A stretch of 64,000 nucleotides of DNA from Nitrospirota bacterium (GCA_963699545.1 CAVOUE010000006.1:1-64000); one strand, 5' to 3'; counted from the first letter of the stretch, positions 9,530 to 18,274 are shown. Notes: generated by a model from the letters alone, not told the origin. Made by a program: numbers and translations.

Positions 9530-9776
9530 GGTTGAGTGGGACAAAGAAGCCTTAGAAGACCTCGACAAGATTGACCGACCGATTGTGAAACGTATCCTGA
9601 ACAAAATCTCCTGGTTTTCCCAATATTTCGAAGCAATCACACCTGAGCCGCTCTCTGCTGATATGGCCGGCTTGTTTAAGCTGCGGGTCGGAGACTGGAG
9701 AATAGTGTACGAAATAGAGAAGGATATGATCGTCATTAAAGCCGTTGGGCATAGAAGAGATATATATAAACTATGA
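9522..9776 (+). CDS. RelE/ParE family toxin
   Basis: EALEDLDKID...FKLRVGDWRIVYEI...VGHRRDIY. Confidence 0.9.
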   Translation: MPKVEWDKEALEDLDKIDRPIVKRILNKISWFSQYFEAITPEPLSADMAGLFKLRVGDWRIVYEIEKDMIVIKAVGHRRDIYKL

Positions 9777-9845
9777 CAAACTTGTTGTCAGGAACGGCGA
9801 AGAGGAACTATTCACGTCTCACGGCCGTTCCGGATAGAGGGGGGA

Positions 9846-9873
9846 AAAATGGGATGTGTCCCTAGTTATTTCC
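9846..9873 (+). repeat. GGGATGTGTCCCT-family motif, copy 3
   Basis: AAAATGGGATGTGTCCCTAGTTATTTCC. Confidence 0.75.
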
Positions 9874-9935
9874 TCCTCAGCGAGTCGCCCGAGGCGACCT
9901 GCGTGCGGACAGCCCTTATCCTGAACAACCCTTCT

Positions 9936-10923
9936 CTATTTAGCCGGTGTAGCAGGCGTTCGTTCCACCGTGCTCCATGTTTTGTCCGGGTCATATCGTG
10001 TGATCGCCTTAGCGACCTCCTCCGTCTCCCGGTCCCAGATTCTTCTCATACACTATGCCCGTCTGGTTTACCATGAAGGTCATAACCCCTGAAACACCAT
10101 GCTTGGCAGGGTATGCCACGAGTCCGAAACCTGCCACCATCTTTCCGTCTTTAATGTAATCGGTTTCGCCGACCGGGGCATTGTTCCCCTGGGCCTTCAG
10201 AACCTTAAAGTAATACCCGTGGTACGGCCTGGGCTTTCCTGTCCTCTCGACCGAATATCCCTCTTCCGAGGCATGGGCGACTAAAGGGCCCAGGGGACTC
10301 GTCTCCTCCCCGGATGCGGTTTGCCAGTACAGTCCGTCTTTCTTGTCCTTTTTGCTCAGAAAGTGCTGGGCGAACTGGAGCACCCCGTCGCCGTTACGGG
10401 CCTTCGCGGCATATTCGCGCTGTGCAGCCACGTACGCCAGACTAAACTGAATGGTATTCAATTCATTCCTGCCGATCCTCCGGGTGAGGATCTCGTCCTT
10501 TCCCTCCTTAGTGGAGAAGATCCATTCCTTGCCTGACTTCACCATAGGGACGGGGAAAGTCCACTTGTCCTTTCCGATCACCACCCTCACGGTCTTGTGG
10601 TCCGGCTTTGAGAACCTGGTCGCCTCGTCGGCCGCATTGACGAAACGTGCACGGGCCTTCACATCGGCAACCGCGTCGCCCGAGGAAATGATCTCATTGC
10701 CTTCGGGGCCGAAAATGGCCAGGAGTTCCGTGGTGTCGTTGCACCTGGCGGCCTCTACAAGCGCCCTGAATGCCTGTTTCGGAGACTTGAACGTCTTTTG
10801 TTTTATATCCTGAGCAGAGGCAATAACACCGACAGCGACGATCACAATAAAGCAGCCTGTGAAAGCAGCGAGTCCACGACGGAAACGCAAAGGCTTTTCT
10901 GAGCTGGTTCTATCTCTCAACAT
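9936..10923 (-). CDS. DUF2950 family protein, frameshift near the 3' end
   Basis: RRIGRNEL, AAQREYA, DGLYW, SPLGP, PYHGYYFKVL, GVMTF, then YDPDKTW after the shift. Confidence 0.85.
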
Positions 10924-10999
10924 CGTCAATTCCTCCATGTCTCGATGATCTCTATCCACCACGCGGTCTTGTTGTCCGGTCTTGAGCATAGTGGTCCGG

Positions 11000-12190
11000 T
11001 CAGCGACGCCCTCCACCACCACCGGATCCTCCACCTCGAACACCACCGGCTCCTCCGTCTCCACCGCTTCTGGCCCCTCCGCCTCCACTGTACGAACCCC
11101 CTGCAGCGCCTCCACGACCAGCGCCTCCGCTGACGGAGCTCCTGCTCGGGCTCTGTCCGGCATTCGTGCGGCTTTGGACTCCACGGTCGCCTGAAGACCG
11201 CTCAACTCGGCTGTTACCGGAACGATCAAACACACTCGACCTGGTACCAACAGAAGATCTTGGGCTGCCATAGCCCCTGTATTCCTGGCCGGTTGTTACG
11301 GCAGGCGTCCGACCGGTTGCGACCGCAGGTGTCCGACCGGTTGTTACGTCAGCTGTTCGGCCGGATGGAGCGCGGCGGATAATTGACTGTGCCCCGCTCT
11401 GTGCGGAAGGACTGGTCCATCTCTTGCGGTCTCCGGGAGGAAGCGTCCCGCCCCGGGATCTGTTTGTGGGATCGACACGTGACATCCTGCCCGATCCCGG
11501 ATCGCGGTGATGATTGCTGACAAATTCTCCATGGCCGCGTTCATGTTCGCCATGGCCATGGCCATGCCCGTGATCGTGGTCATGCACCCTCACATGAAAG
11601 TCTGTCAGGATAAAGAATCCCGGGAACCAAAAATTCCACCACCAGAACGGATAGGGGACCCAGGTATACAGATACGAATAATCAGGAGGCGGGGCATAAT
11701 ACGTGACCACCGGGGGACCCTCATCATAATAATACTCGTTCATGACCCTTGGGTCGGCATACTCCGCGCCGGATGTGTCACCCACCTCGCGACCTGAAGT
11801 ATCCATCTGCACCGCAAGGTTATTCTGGATTATCACGTTCTGAAATGCCTTAAAGGCCTCATCTCGACTCATAGCCAATCTCCCCGCATCTGCCGCTTCA
11901 CCCACGGCGGTCTGCAGTTCTCCGACAATATCAGGGGTGACCGGGTAATCCGCGATCCAGCCGTTACGGGGAGCTATCCCGCCCTGGTTTAACGCGCGCT
12001 CTGCTTCGATCTCGTCGGCCGCAGGGCCAAGCCTGAGCGCATCAGCCAGCGCCACGGCGAAATCGCCCTCGCGGACCAGAGGCTGTGACAGCGGAGGACT
12101 CGCCGATGCTCGGTCAGCCTGCGCATACGCCGGGGCCGACATCAAGACAAGGGCCATGAAAACAGCCAGTGTACTGCATAGAGTTTTCAT
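11000..12190 (-). CDS. Secreted hypothetical protein with His-rich and Gly/Arg-rich low-complexity tail
   Basis: Signal peptide, YYAPPP.Y..LY.WVPYP, TTGRTPAV 24-bp repeats, G-rich end. Confidence 0.75.
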   Translation of the reverse strand: MKTLCSTLAVFMALVLMSAPAYAQADRASASPPLSQPLVREGDFAVALADALRLGPAADEIEAERALNQGGIAPRNGWIADYPVTPDIVGELQTAVGEAADAGRLAMSRDEAFKAFQNVIIQNNLAVQMDTSGREVGDTSGAEYADPRVMNEYYYDEGPPVVTYYAPPPDYSYLYTWVPYPFWWWNFWFPGFFILTDFHVRVHDHDHGHGHGHGEHERGHGEFVSNHHRDPGSGRMSRVDPTNRSRGGTLPPGDRKRWTSPSAQSGAQSIIRRAPSGRTADVTTGRTPAVATGRTPAVTTGQEYRGYGSPRSSVGTRSSVFDRSGNSRVERSSGDRGVQSRTNAGQSPSRSSVSGGAGRGGAAGGSYSGGGGARSGGDGGAGGVRGGGSGGGGGRR

Positions 12191-12460
12191 TTCAGTTCCT
12201 CCATGCCGGCAAAATTTCGTTCTCCTTCAGGCCGGCAATTGCAAATCCTGATCGCCGGTTCTCTCCCTCATACTTATAGTATACCCCAAAAAGGTCTCCT
12301 CCGCATGCCTGCAAGATTCGCTTCGGCGGATCGACTGAAGTGAAGCTGTAGGCCTTCGGTCTTCAGCCGATTCACCTTAAGCGCGTGCGCAAATTGCCAA
12401 AACCATCGGTAATTTAATACAATACGACCGTGGAGAGACGGAAGGTGGTCAGACTGAAGG

Positions 12461-12610
12461 TGGTCACTGAGGGAACCGCACTATCAGCTGACTTTGTCGA
12501 AACGCCTGGGCTTCCTTTGCAACCAGGATGCTTTACTGATTGAACCAAAGATCGTCGAAACCGAGAAGATCGTGAATGGCTTGATCCGGGCATTGCGTGA
12601 AAGCGAATAG
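12461..12610 (+). pseudogene. Four-helix-bundle protein, C-terminal remnant
   Basis: SLREPHYQLTLSKRLGFL...ETEKIVNGLIRALRESE*; followed by CCTTCAG/CTTCAGT heptamer repeats 12625-12648. Confidence 0.65.
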
Positions 12611-12761
12611 ATGAAGGACTTTGGCCTTCAGCCTTCAGTCTTCAGTCTATGAACCTTTTGAGTTCATCCCCAGCCATTCTTGAACGGTTCAGGAAAAATG
12701 CAGAAGATGTTGGATTGAATAGAAACAGCCCTCTCTACCTGCCCGCCTTGTCGGCGACGCT

Positions 12762-13037
12762 TCAGGCGATCTTCACTTCCAGTCTCTTACCAAGGGCATG
12801 GGCGACCTTCTCCAGTGTGGATAGCTTGATATCCTCTGCATGGTTCTCGATCCGTGAGATAGCGGTCTTCTTAGTCTTCAGTCTCTGGGCAAGCTCTTCC
12901 TGTGTCAGTCCTGCCGTCTCACGGGCCTGCTTGAGCACCACGCCGATCTTGAACTGTTCGTACCCCTCGTCATAGCCTGCGGCGAATGCCTTGTCTCTCT
13001 TCTTTCTCTCATGGACATATTTCTTCAGATCGCTCAT
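12762..13037 (-). CDS. HigA-type Cro/C1 HTH antitoxin
   Basis: GLTQEELAQRLKTKKTAISRIEN...STLEKVA. Confidence 0.9.
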   Translation of the reverse strand: MSDLKKYVHERKKRDKAFAAGYDEGYEQFKIGVVLKQARETAGLTQEELAQRLKTKKTAISRIENHAEDIKLSTLEKVAHALGKRLEVKIA

Positions 13038-13389
13038 CTCTCTGTCCTCCTGTGCATATAGTTTTTCTGTAAGCCTCAGCCCGCTCAATCTCCCGCTGAG
13101 GAGTCTTCTGCGTCTTCTTGATCAAGCCGTGGGTTAGGACAACAACGGAATTCCCGTCGAAGAAGCAGAGTACTCGGTACGCATTTGAGCCAAGCTGTAT
13201 CCTGCACTCCCATATCTCCTCAGTGCTGACGAGTTTCTTGAAATATGTCGACGGCACGACATCGAGGTCCTCAACCAGGCTCAGCACCCATGCAACTTTC
13301 TGCGCCACCTTAGCGAACAGCGAATCGAGAAACTCCTGCATCGGGCATTTGCCGTCAGCTGTCCTGTAGAAGATTACTGCCTTACCCAC
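13009..13389 (-). CDS. HigB/Gp49-like RelE-superfamily toxin (toxin-first order)
   Basis: FYRT.DG.CP..EFL, IWECRI, YRV, LTHG..KKTQKTP..EIERA. Confidence 0.85.
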   Translation of the reverse strand: MGKAVIFYRTADGKCPMQEFLDSLFAKVAQKVAWVLSLVEDLDVVPSTYFKKLVSTEEIWECRIQLGSNAYRVLCFFDGNSVVVLTHGLIKKTQKTPQREIERAEAYRKTICTGGQRDERSEEICP

Positions 13390-13391
13390 GG

Positions 13392-13419
13392 CATATGTTA
13401 ACTTGCATGTTAACATATG
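13392..13419. promoter_or_regulatory. Perfect palindrome, likely higBA operator
   Basis: CATATGTTAAC-ttgcat-GTTAACATATG directly upstream of the toxin GTG. Confidence 0.65.
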
Positions 13420-13780
13420 TCAAGTCTGGCGTGAAAATTGTGGCCTTAAAGAGGGCCGCTGAGAGCATCGAAAATACTTGTCTGAACTCGGCACTAGTTG
13501 AATTGCCAAAACCATAGACAATTTAATACAATACGGCCGTGGGTAAGATTTATTCCGAATGTCGGAGTCGGTCTTAGGGGGTAAGGCAGATTGGATAATG
13601 AGTTAACATTTCTCACCTGCGGATCACACGCAGCTATCCTTGAACGAGTCAGAAAAAATATAGAAGATGGTGGATTAAATAGAAACAGCCGCCTTTTCAC
13701 CATCCATTGGAAAGGCTATCGAGAAAATGGGATGTGTCCCTAATTATGTCTCTAAATAGAAGCTGCCCCATTGCCCTGCC

Positions 13781-14209
13781 ATGAGTACCATTCTACGGCA
13801 AAATCTTGTTCAAGTGGCATTGGAGTGGCAGCGGCAATATGGAGTGGCACCGTCCATCACTTCAGCTCTTTCGGAATATGATGCAGCAAAATTGCTAGGA
13901 ATGTCTGACAAAGAATATTCAAGCTACATGCAAGATAAAACTGCCGTCAGCAGGGGCCATGATTTCATTTATGAAGGAATTCGTTACCAGATAAAAGCAC
14001 ATCGCCCAAGTGGCAAACGAGGCAGCTTCATTACAAACGCTGGCAAAGCTCGCAATTATGACTGGGACAGGCTGATATGGATCCGCTACAACACAGAATA
14101 TGAAATTCAGGAGGCGTGGTCTTGGGACCGAGACAGATACGCTGAGGCCTTCAGTGCAGTTAAGCGAATATCTCCTGCAGATTTGAGGAAGGGGAGAAAG
14201 TTAGCATAA
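13781..14209 (+). CDS. Hypothetical protein, possibly PD-(D/E)XK nuclease-like
   Basis: SEYDA...GHDF....RYQIK spacing resembles an E..D..QxK catalytic set. Confidence 0.55.
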   Translation: MSTILRQNLVQVALEWQRQYGVAPSITSALSEYDAAKLLGMSDKEYSSYMQDKTAVSRGHDFIYEGIRYQIKAHRPSGKRGSFITNAGKARNYDWDRLIWIRYNTEYEIQEAWSWDRDRYAEAFSAVKRISPADLRKGRKLA

Positions 14210-14270
14210 TTATCATGGTGATACTAACTTTTTTCTGTGTAGAACCTGAACCAAGATCTATGACTGTGAT

Positions 14271-14456
14271 ATGGCAAAGAAGAAGATAACTGTAGGAGAT
14301 TACGACAATTTCATTAGGATAGCTGATAACAGGATATGCCATGTGAGGCCTAAGGGAACGGACGGTACGGACCTTATGGAAACACCTCAGGGGACCTGGG
14401 AAAAGAAGAAATGTTACTGGCTCAACGCTAGCTACATTCTGAAGCAAGTTCAGTAA
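14271..14456 (+). pseudogene. C-terminal remnant of a Sau3AI/MutH-like endonuclease
   Basis: ICHVRPKG....METPQG...KKCYWLNASYI resembles the C-terminus of that family. Confidence 0.5.
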
Positions 14457-14496
14457 CACTAATCGAGCAGAATAAGGGGACAGGCTACTTCACTAA

Positions 14497-14865
14497 ATGA
14501 CAACCGCCACCCTTAGAGTTATCTTCTCCCGCACCGCCGGCCACTGCCACTTCTGCGGTGACCCGCTCATCTTCGGCAAGCGTGGGCTGAAACACCGCAA
14601 AAACGAAAACGGGGCGTGGGAGGTTGATCACATCATCCAGAAGGACAAGGGCGGCAAGAGTTTAGTCGACAATTACCTCCCCGCCTGCGTCCGCTGCAAT
14701 CGCCTCCGCTGGCACCGAAAGGGTAAGGATTTGCGAGAGCTTCTCCTCCTCGGTATCATAGGCACAGGAGAGATTAGGAAAGGGACCAAAACGGGGGAAA
14801 GGATTCTGGAATTGAAGGATAAGAGGAACAAAGAGAATAAGAAAAGGAGAACACAAGTCAAGTGA
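14497..14865 (+). CDS. HNH endonuclease
   Basis: CHFCG...WEVDHII...GG....NYLPACVRCN. Confidence 0.9.
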   Translation: MTTATLRVIFSRTAGHCHFCGDPLIFGKRGLKHRKNENGAWEVDHIIQKDKGGKSLVDNYLPACVRCNRLRWHRKGKDLRELLLLGIIGTGEIRKGTKTGERILELKDKRNKENKKRRTQVK

Positions 14866-15764
14866 TCATCAAGAAAAGAGACTCAAAAGAATCAGATATT
14901 AAAGAACTCACTTCGCTCTTGACCTTGCCTCTTCCGGACTTCAAGAGATTTCTTATCGAGCGTGAATTACGCTTTGTCAAATCCGGTGACCGGGGCGAGA
15001 CCGACGCGGCATATTTTATCGATTTCCATTTTGCTTCATCCAAAAGATGGGCAGTCATTCACGACTTGCGCCTTGAGCATCGAGATCGCGTCGCCCAGAT
15101 CGATCACCTGCTCATCAATCGGTGTTTTGATATTTACATTCTCGAAACCAAGAACTTCTCTTACGGTGTGAAAATCACGGAAACGGGAGAATTCCTGGTC
15201 AACTACAACAACAAATACTTTGCCATCGAATCACCTATCGAACAGAACAAACGTCATCAGATTGTTCTTGAGCAGGTCTTAAAAAAATATGACGTAATGC
15301 CACAACGCCTTGGTATTCCAATTTCACCTTCCTTTCACCCCTATGTTCTTGTGTCTCCGAAATCGCAGGTGAGCCGCCCCTCTAAAGCTGCATTTGATAC
15401 CAGCATGGTGATCGCGGCGGACACCCTCAGGACTGCCATTGATAAGAGAATAGACGAGATGAATAACATTTCAGTGTTAACCACAGCGAGCAAGTTCTCA
15501 TCATTTGAGTCAGTGGTGGAAGCGGCTAAACGGCTTGCCTCACTTCACAAGCCAATGAAGATAGATTATCGGAAACGCTTTGGTATCGAAGATAATCCGC
15601 AGCACAGCCGAACGCCTGAATTAGTTCAACCAGAATCTGCTAAACGAAATTACTGTTTTAAGTGCAAAAAGCCCGTCACCGAGAAGGTGGCTAACTACTG
15701 CGCGGACTTTAAGAAGAAATTCGGCGGCAAAGTCTATTGTTTCGATTGTCAAAAAGAAATTTAG
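14862..15764 (+). CDS. NERD nuclease-related domain protein with C-terminal Cys cluster
   Basis: GDRGE, IHDLRL, AQIDHLLI, LETKN, SPIEQN.RH; CFKC...CFDCQ. Confidence 0.9.
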   Translation: MIIKKRDSKESDIKELTSLLTLPLPDFKRFLIERELRFVKSGDRGETDAAYFIDFHFASSKRWAVIHDLRLEHRDRVAQIDHLLINRCFDIYILETKNFSYGVKITETGEFLVNYNNKYFAIESPIEQNKRHQIVLEQVLKKYDVMPQRLGIPISPSFHPYVLVSPKSQVSRPSKAAFDTSMVIAADTLRTAIDKRIDEMNNISVLTTASKFSSFESVVEAAKRLASLHKPMKIDYRKRFGIEDNPQHSRTPELVQPESAKRNYCFKCKKPVTEKVANYCADFKKKFGGKVYCFDCQKEI

Positions 15765-15860
15765 CCCTCCCAAGGAGGCATAATGCCGTACACGCTGCAT
15801 CCTTCAGAAAATGAATTATAAATTAGGGACACATCCCATTTATCTTGGAAATCAAAAAAT

Positions 15861-15956
15861 GGGACAGGCTTCTCTAAATCACTCTGCCTTGATCTCTATC
15901 AGGTTCCCGAAAAAATCCCTGAGAAAATAAACTGTCTTCTCTCCCGCCCTGCCCTC
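15861..15956 (-). repeat. Copy A of the VOC gene 3' end plus GGGACAGGCT motif
   Basis: 15879-15956 matches 17562-17639 at 72/78 with no indels. Confidence 0.95.
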
Positions 15957-16036
15957 GGCGAAGTTTCAGTCTTTGGCACTATAGAGAAGGGACAGGGTTT
16001 AAACTGGCCATTTTTGGTATACTTATCGATAGGTAG

Positions 16037-16297
16037 ATGGGTAAAGACACCTTAGATAAAGTGCTGTCGGGGCTCTCCGACAAGAATATCAGGTTCGAGG
16101 ATTTGAAGAAGATCATCATGGATTTTGGTTTTGGTTGCCGCATAAAAGGCGGTCATCATATTTTCGCGAAGGAAGGTATTGCCGAGATTATCAATCTTCA
16201 ACCGCTTAAAGACGGAAAGGCAAAACCATATCAGGTCAAACAGGCGAGGAATCTGATACTGAAATATAAACTCCATAAGGGGGTAAAGAATGTATAA
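16037..16297 (+). CDS. hicA: HicA family toxin
   Basis: RIKGGHHIF, INLQP, GKAKPYQVKQ. Confidence 0.85.
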   Translation: MGKDTLDKVLSGLSDKNIRFEDLKKIIMDFGFGCRIKGGHHIFAKEGIAEIINLQPLKDGKAKPYQVKQARNLILKYKLHKGVKNV

Positions 16298-16499
16298 GTA
16301 CGAAGTGATCGTTTACTGGAGCGACGAGGATGAGGCGTATATCGCCGAAGTTCCTGAACTGCCCGGATGCATGGCAGACGGCCCAACCTATGAAGAGGCC
16401 ATAAAAAACGCCCAGGTTGTTATCTCAGAGTGGATTGAAACGGCAAAAAAACTGAAGCGCGAGATACCAATACCAAAAGGCAAATTGACCTACGCATAG
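16290..16499 (+). CDS. hicB: HicB family antitoxin
   Basis: YWSDEDEAYIAEVPELPGCMADG.T.EEA...IPIPKG. Confidence 0.9.
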   Translation: MYKYEVIVYWSDEDEAYIAEVPELPGCMADGPTYEEAIKNAQVVISEWIETAKKLKREIPIPKGKLTYA

Positions 16500-16539
16500 G
16501 GAATAAACCGCCCTGAAACTGTTATAAGGGCATGCAAAA

Positions 16540-16652
16540 GGGACAGGCTGCTTTCAATCACTGTGCCTTGATCTCTATCAGGTTCCCGGAAAGATCCCTG
16601 AGGAAATAAACTCTCTTCTCTCCCGCCCTGCCCTCTATAGCTTCGACTCCCG
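16540..16652 (-). repeat. Copy B of the VOC gene 3' end plus GGGACAGGCT motif
   Basis: 16558-16652 matches 17562-17656 at 89/95 with no indels. Confidence 0.95.
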
Positions 16653-16671
16653 ATCAATGCTATAATTTGTT

Positions 16672-17325
16672 ATGAAAACATCCGGTCGTTATGACGCATC
16701 GGGGCTGAGCGAATCCCAATTCGAGCCGGGCTCGCGCGGGCGTGTACTCAGAAACTTCTTGCACATAACTCGCAAGCGCGAGATGGATATCATTGAGGCT
16801 GAACGATATGCCCTTGTCCAGCCAAAACTCATGGGCATGTTCACGAAAGGTCATCGTTTTACTGCAGCGGATATCTGCGAGGTCCATAGAGCATGGCTCG
16901 GTGACGTGTATGAGTGGGCTGGCCGATGCAGGCAGGTGAACGTATCAAAGGGCGGTTTTCCCTTTGCCACGGCGCGGCATGTCCCAAAACTTATGAAGGA
17001 CTTCGAGAAAGGGCCGCTAAAGAAATATACCCCGTGCCTCTTCAAACCGGATGAGGAGATTGTCACAGCACTTGCTGTCGTCCATACCGAACTCATGCTG
17101 ATCCACCCTTTCCGCGAAGGTAATGGCAGGGTTGGAAGATTACTTTCCGTTCTGATGGCATTTCAGGCAGGGCTGCCCGGTCTCGATTTTACCGGGATTC
17201 GTGGGAAGAAGAGAAAAGAATATATTGCAGCTGTTCAGTCAGGCTTAGATCAAAATTATGAGCCTATGAAGAAGGTGTTTAGGCCTGTTCTTTCCCGGAC
17301 GAGGCGCACGCTTGCGCAGCGCTGA
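16672..17325 (+). CDS. fic: Fic family AMPylase toxin
   Basis: Canonical HPFREGNGRVGR motif. Confidence 0.9.
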   Translation: MKTSGRYDASGLSESQFEPGSRGRVLRNFLHITRKREMDIIEAERYALVQPKLMGMFTKGHRFTAADICEVHRAWLGDVYEWAGRCRQVNVSKGGFPFATARHVPKLMKDFEKGPLKKYTPCLFKPDEEIVTALAVVHTELMLIHPFREGNGRVGRLLSVLMAFQAGLPGLDFTGIRGKKRKEYIAAVQSGLDQNYEPMKKVFRPVLSRTRRTLAQR

Positions 17326-17485
17326 AAGCAGTCTTGTGTTTCGTGACATTTTTCATGGCCTGCTTGGCAGCGGCCTGGACCCCTTCGATAGATGCCGAAG
17401 AAACAGTCACGGTCTCAACGATCTTCATACGCGTTTCGGGGTCTTTAAGAAAAGGGTTGGTTTCAAGTAATGATTTCTTGGACAT
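17279..17485 (-). CDS. Putative Fic antitoxin (VbhA/FicA-like), convergent
   Basis: 68 aa containing SASIEG, matching the (S/T)xxxE(G/N) inhibitory helix. Confidence 0.6.
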   Translation of the reverse strand: MSKKSLLETNPFLKDPETRMKIVETVTVSSASIEGVQAAAKQAMKNVTKHKTAFSAAQACASSGKEQA

Positions 17486-17561
17486 ACAGTATTATACCAT
17501 TTAATAGTCGCACCCCGAAAGACAGAAATAAAAGAGAAAGAAGGAAACAGGCTTCTCTAAA

Positions 17562-17984
17562 TCACTGTGCCTTGATCTCTATCAGGTTCCCGGAAAGATC
17601 CTTGAGGAAATAAACCGTCTTCTCTCCCGCCCTGCCCTCTATCACTTCCACTCCCGCCCTGCGTGCCTTCTCCAGGGTCCCGGGAAAGTCCTCGACGAGT
17701 AAGCCGATGTGCCTGAGCTCCGGTGAAGGAGGCAGGCATTCCGGACAGATGAAAACCTCGACCTTTATCCCTTGTCCTTCGAAGACAAGCACCTTTATCT
17801 CCCGGGACACAGAAAATAGCTGTTCCGCAAGCACGGCGGCAACAATGAATTCCCTCGTCTTTTCGAGCCCGAGAAGGTCGGCGTAGAACCTCACCGCCTT
17901 CTCTTCGCTCTCATTGACTATGCCGACATGATTCAAGACCATACAATTATATGTAGTATACCCCATAATCTCTGAAGCGCACAT
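17562..17984 (-). CDS. VOC/glyoxalase family protein
   Basis: LNHVGI...FY.DLLGL...VEVF...HIGL...YFLKD.SGNLIEI; true start probably near 17942. Confidence 0.85.
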   Translation of the reverse strand: MCASEIMGYTTYNCMVLNHVGIVNESEEKAVRFYADLLGLEKTREFIVAAVLAEQLFSVSREIKVLVFEGQGIKVEVFICPECLPPSPELRHIGLLVEDFPGTLEKARRAGVEVIEGRAGEKTVYFLKDLSGNLIEIKAQ

Positions 17985-18088
17985 TCGACCGGGAGAAACA
18001 AAGATAACTTACCGCCATTGCCGCATTGAGTCACGCGACAACAGCATATGGTATAATTCATCAAATACATTTCTGGCGAGGGAAGAAG

Positions 18089-18274
18089 ATGGGAGTTGCA
18101 GCGAAAAAGATAAACCCCGAGGATTTCATCCTCTCTGCCCTTTCTCCTGAAGACCGGCTGAACGCAGCCTTTGACGTGGCCCGGGAGGCATTCAGGAAAA
18201 GCAAGCTGTCGGTGAAGGACATTGACAACGCGGTGAAATCGGTAAGGAGAAAGGCCTACGAGAAGAAGAAGTAA
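18089..18274 (+). CDS. Putative antitoxin
   Basis: Small basic ORF (DIDNAVKSVRRK) directly upstream of a PIN gene. Confidence 0.65.
   Translation: MGVAAKKINPEDFILSALSPEDRLNAAFDVAREAFRKSKLSVKDIDNAVKSVRRKAYEKKK

Larger units (their letters stand above)
13725..15841. mobile_element. Nuclease cassette bounded by a perfect 21-bp inverted repeat
   Basis: AAATGGGATGTGTCCCTAATT (13725-13745) and AATTAGGGACACATCCCATTT (15821-15841). Confidence 0.6.

Noticed and set aside
10924-11271. N-terminal extension of the 420-aa ORF 10009-11271
   Set aside because: It is an alternative frame of the upstream G-rich gene; an RBS supports a start at 10923.
15879-17656. VOC 3'-end repeats as a DGR template/variable repeat pair
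   Set aside because: Differences are not adenine-specific on either strand, and no reverse transcriptase is in the window.
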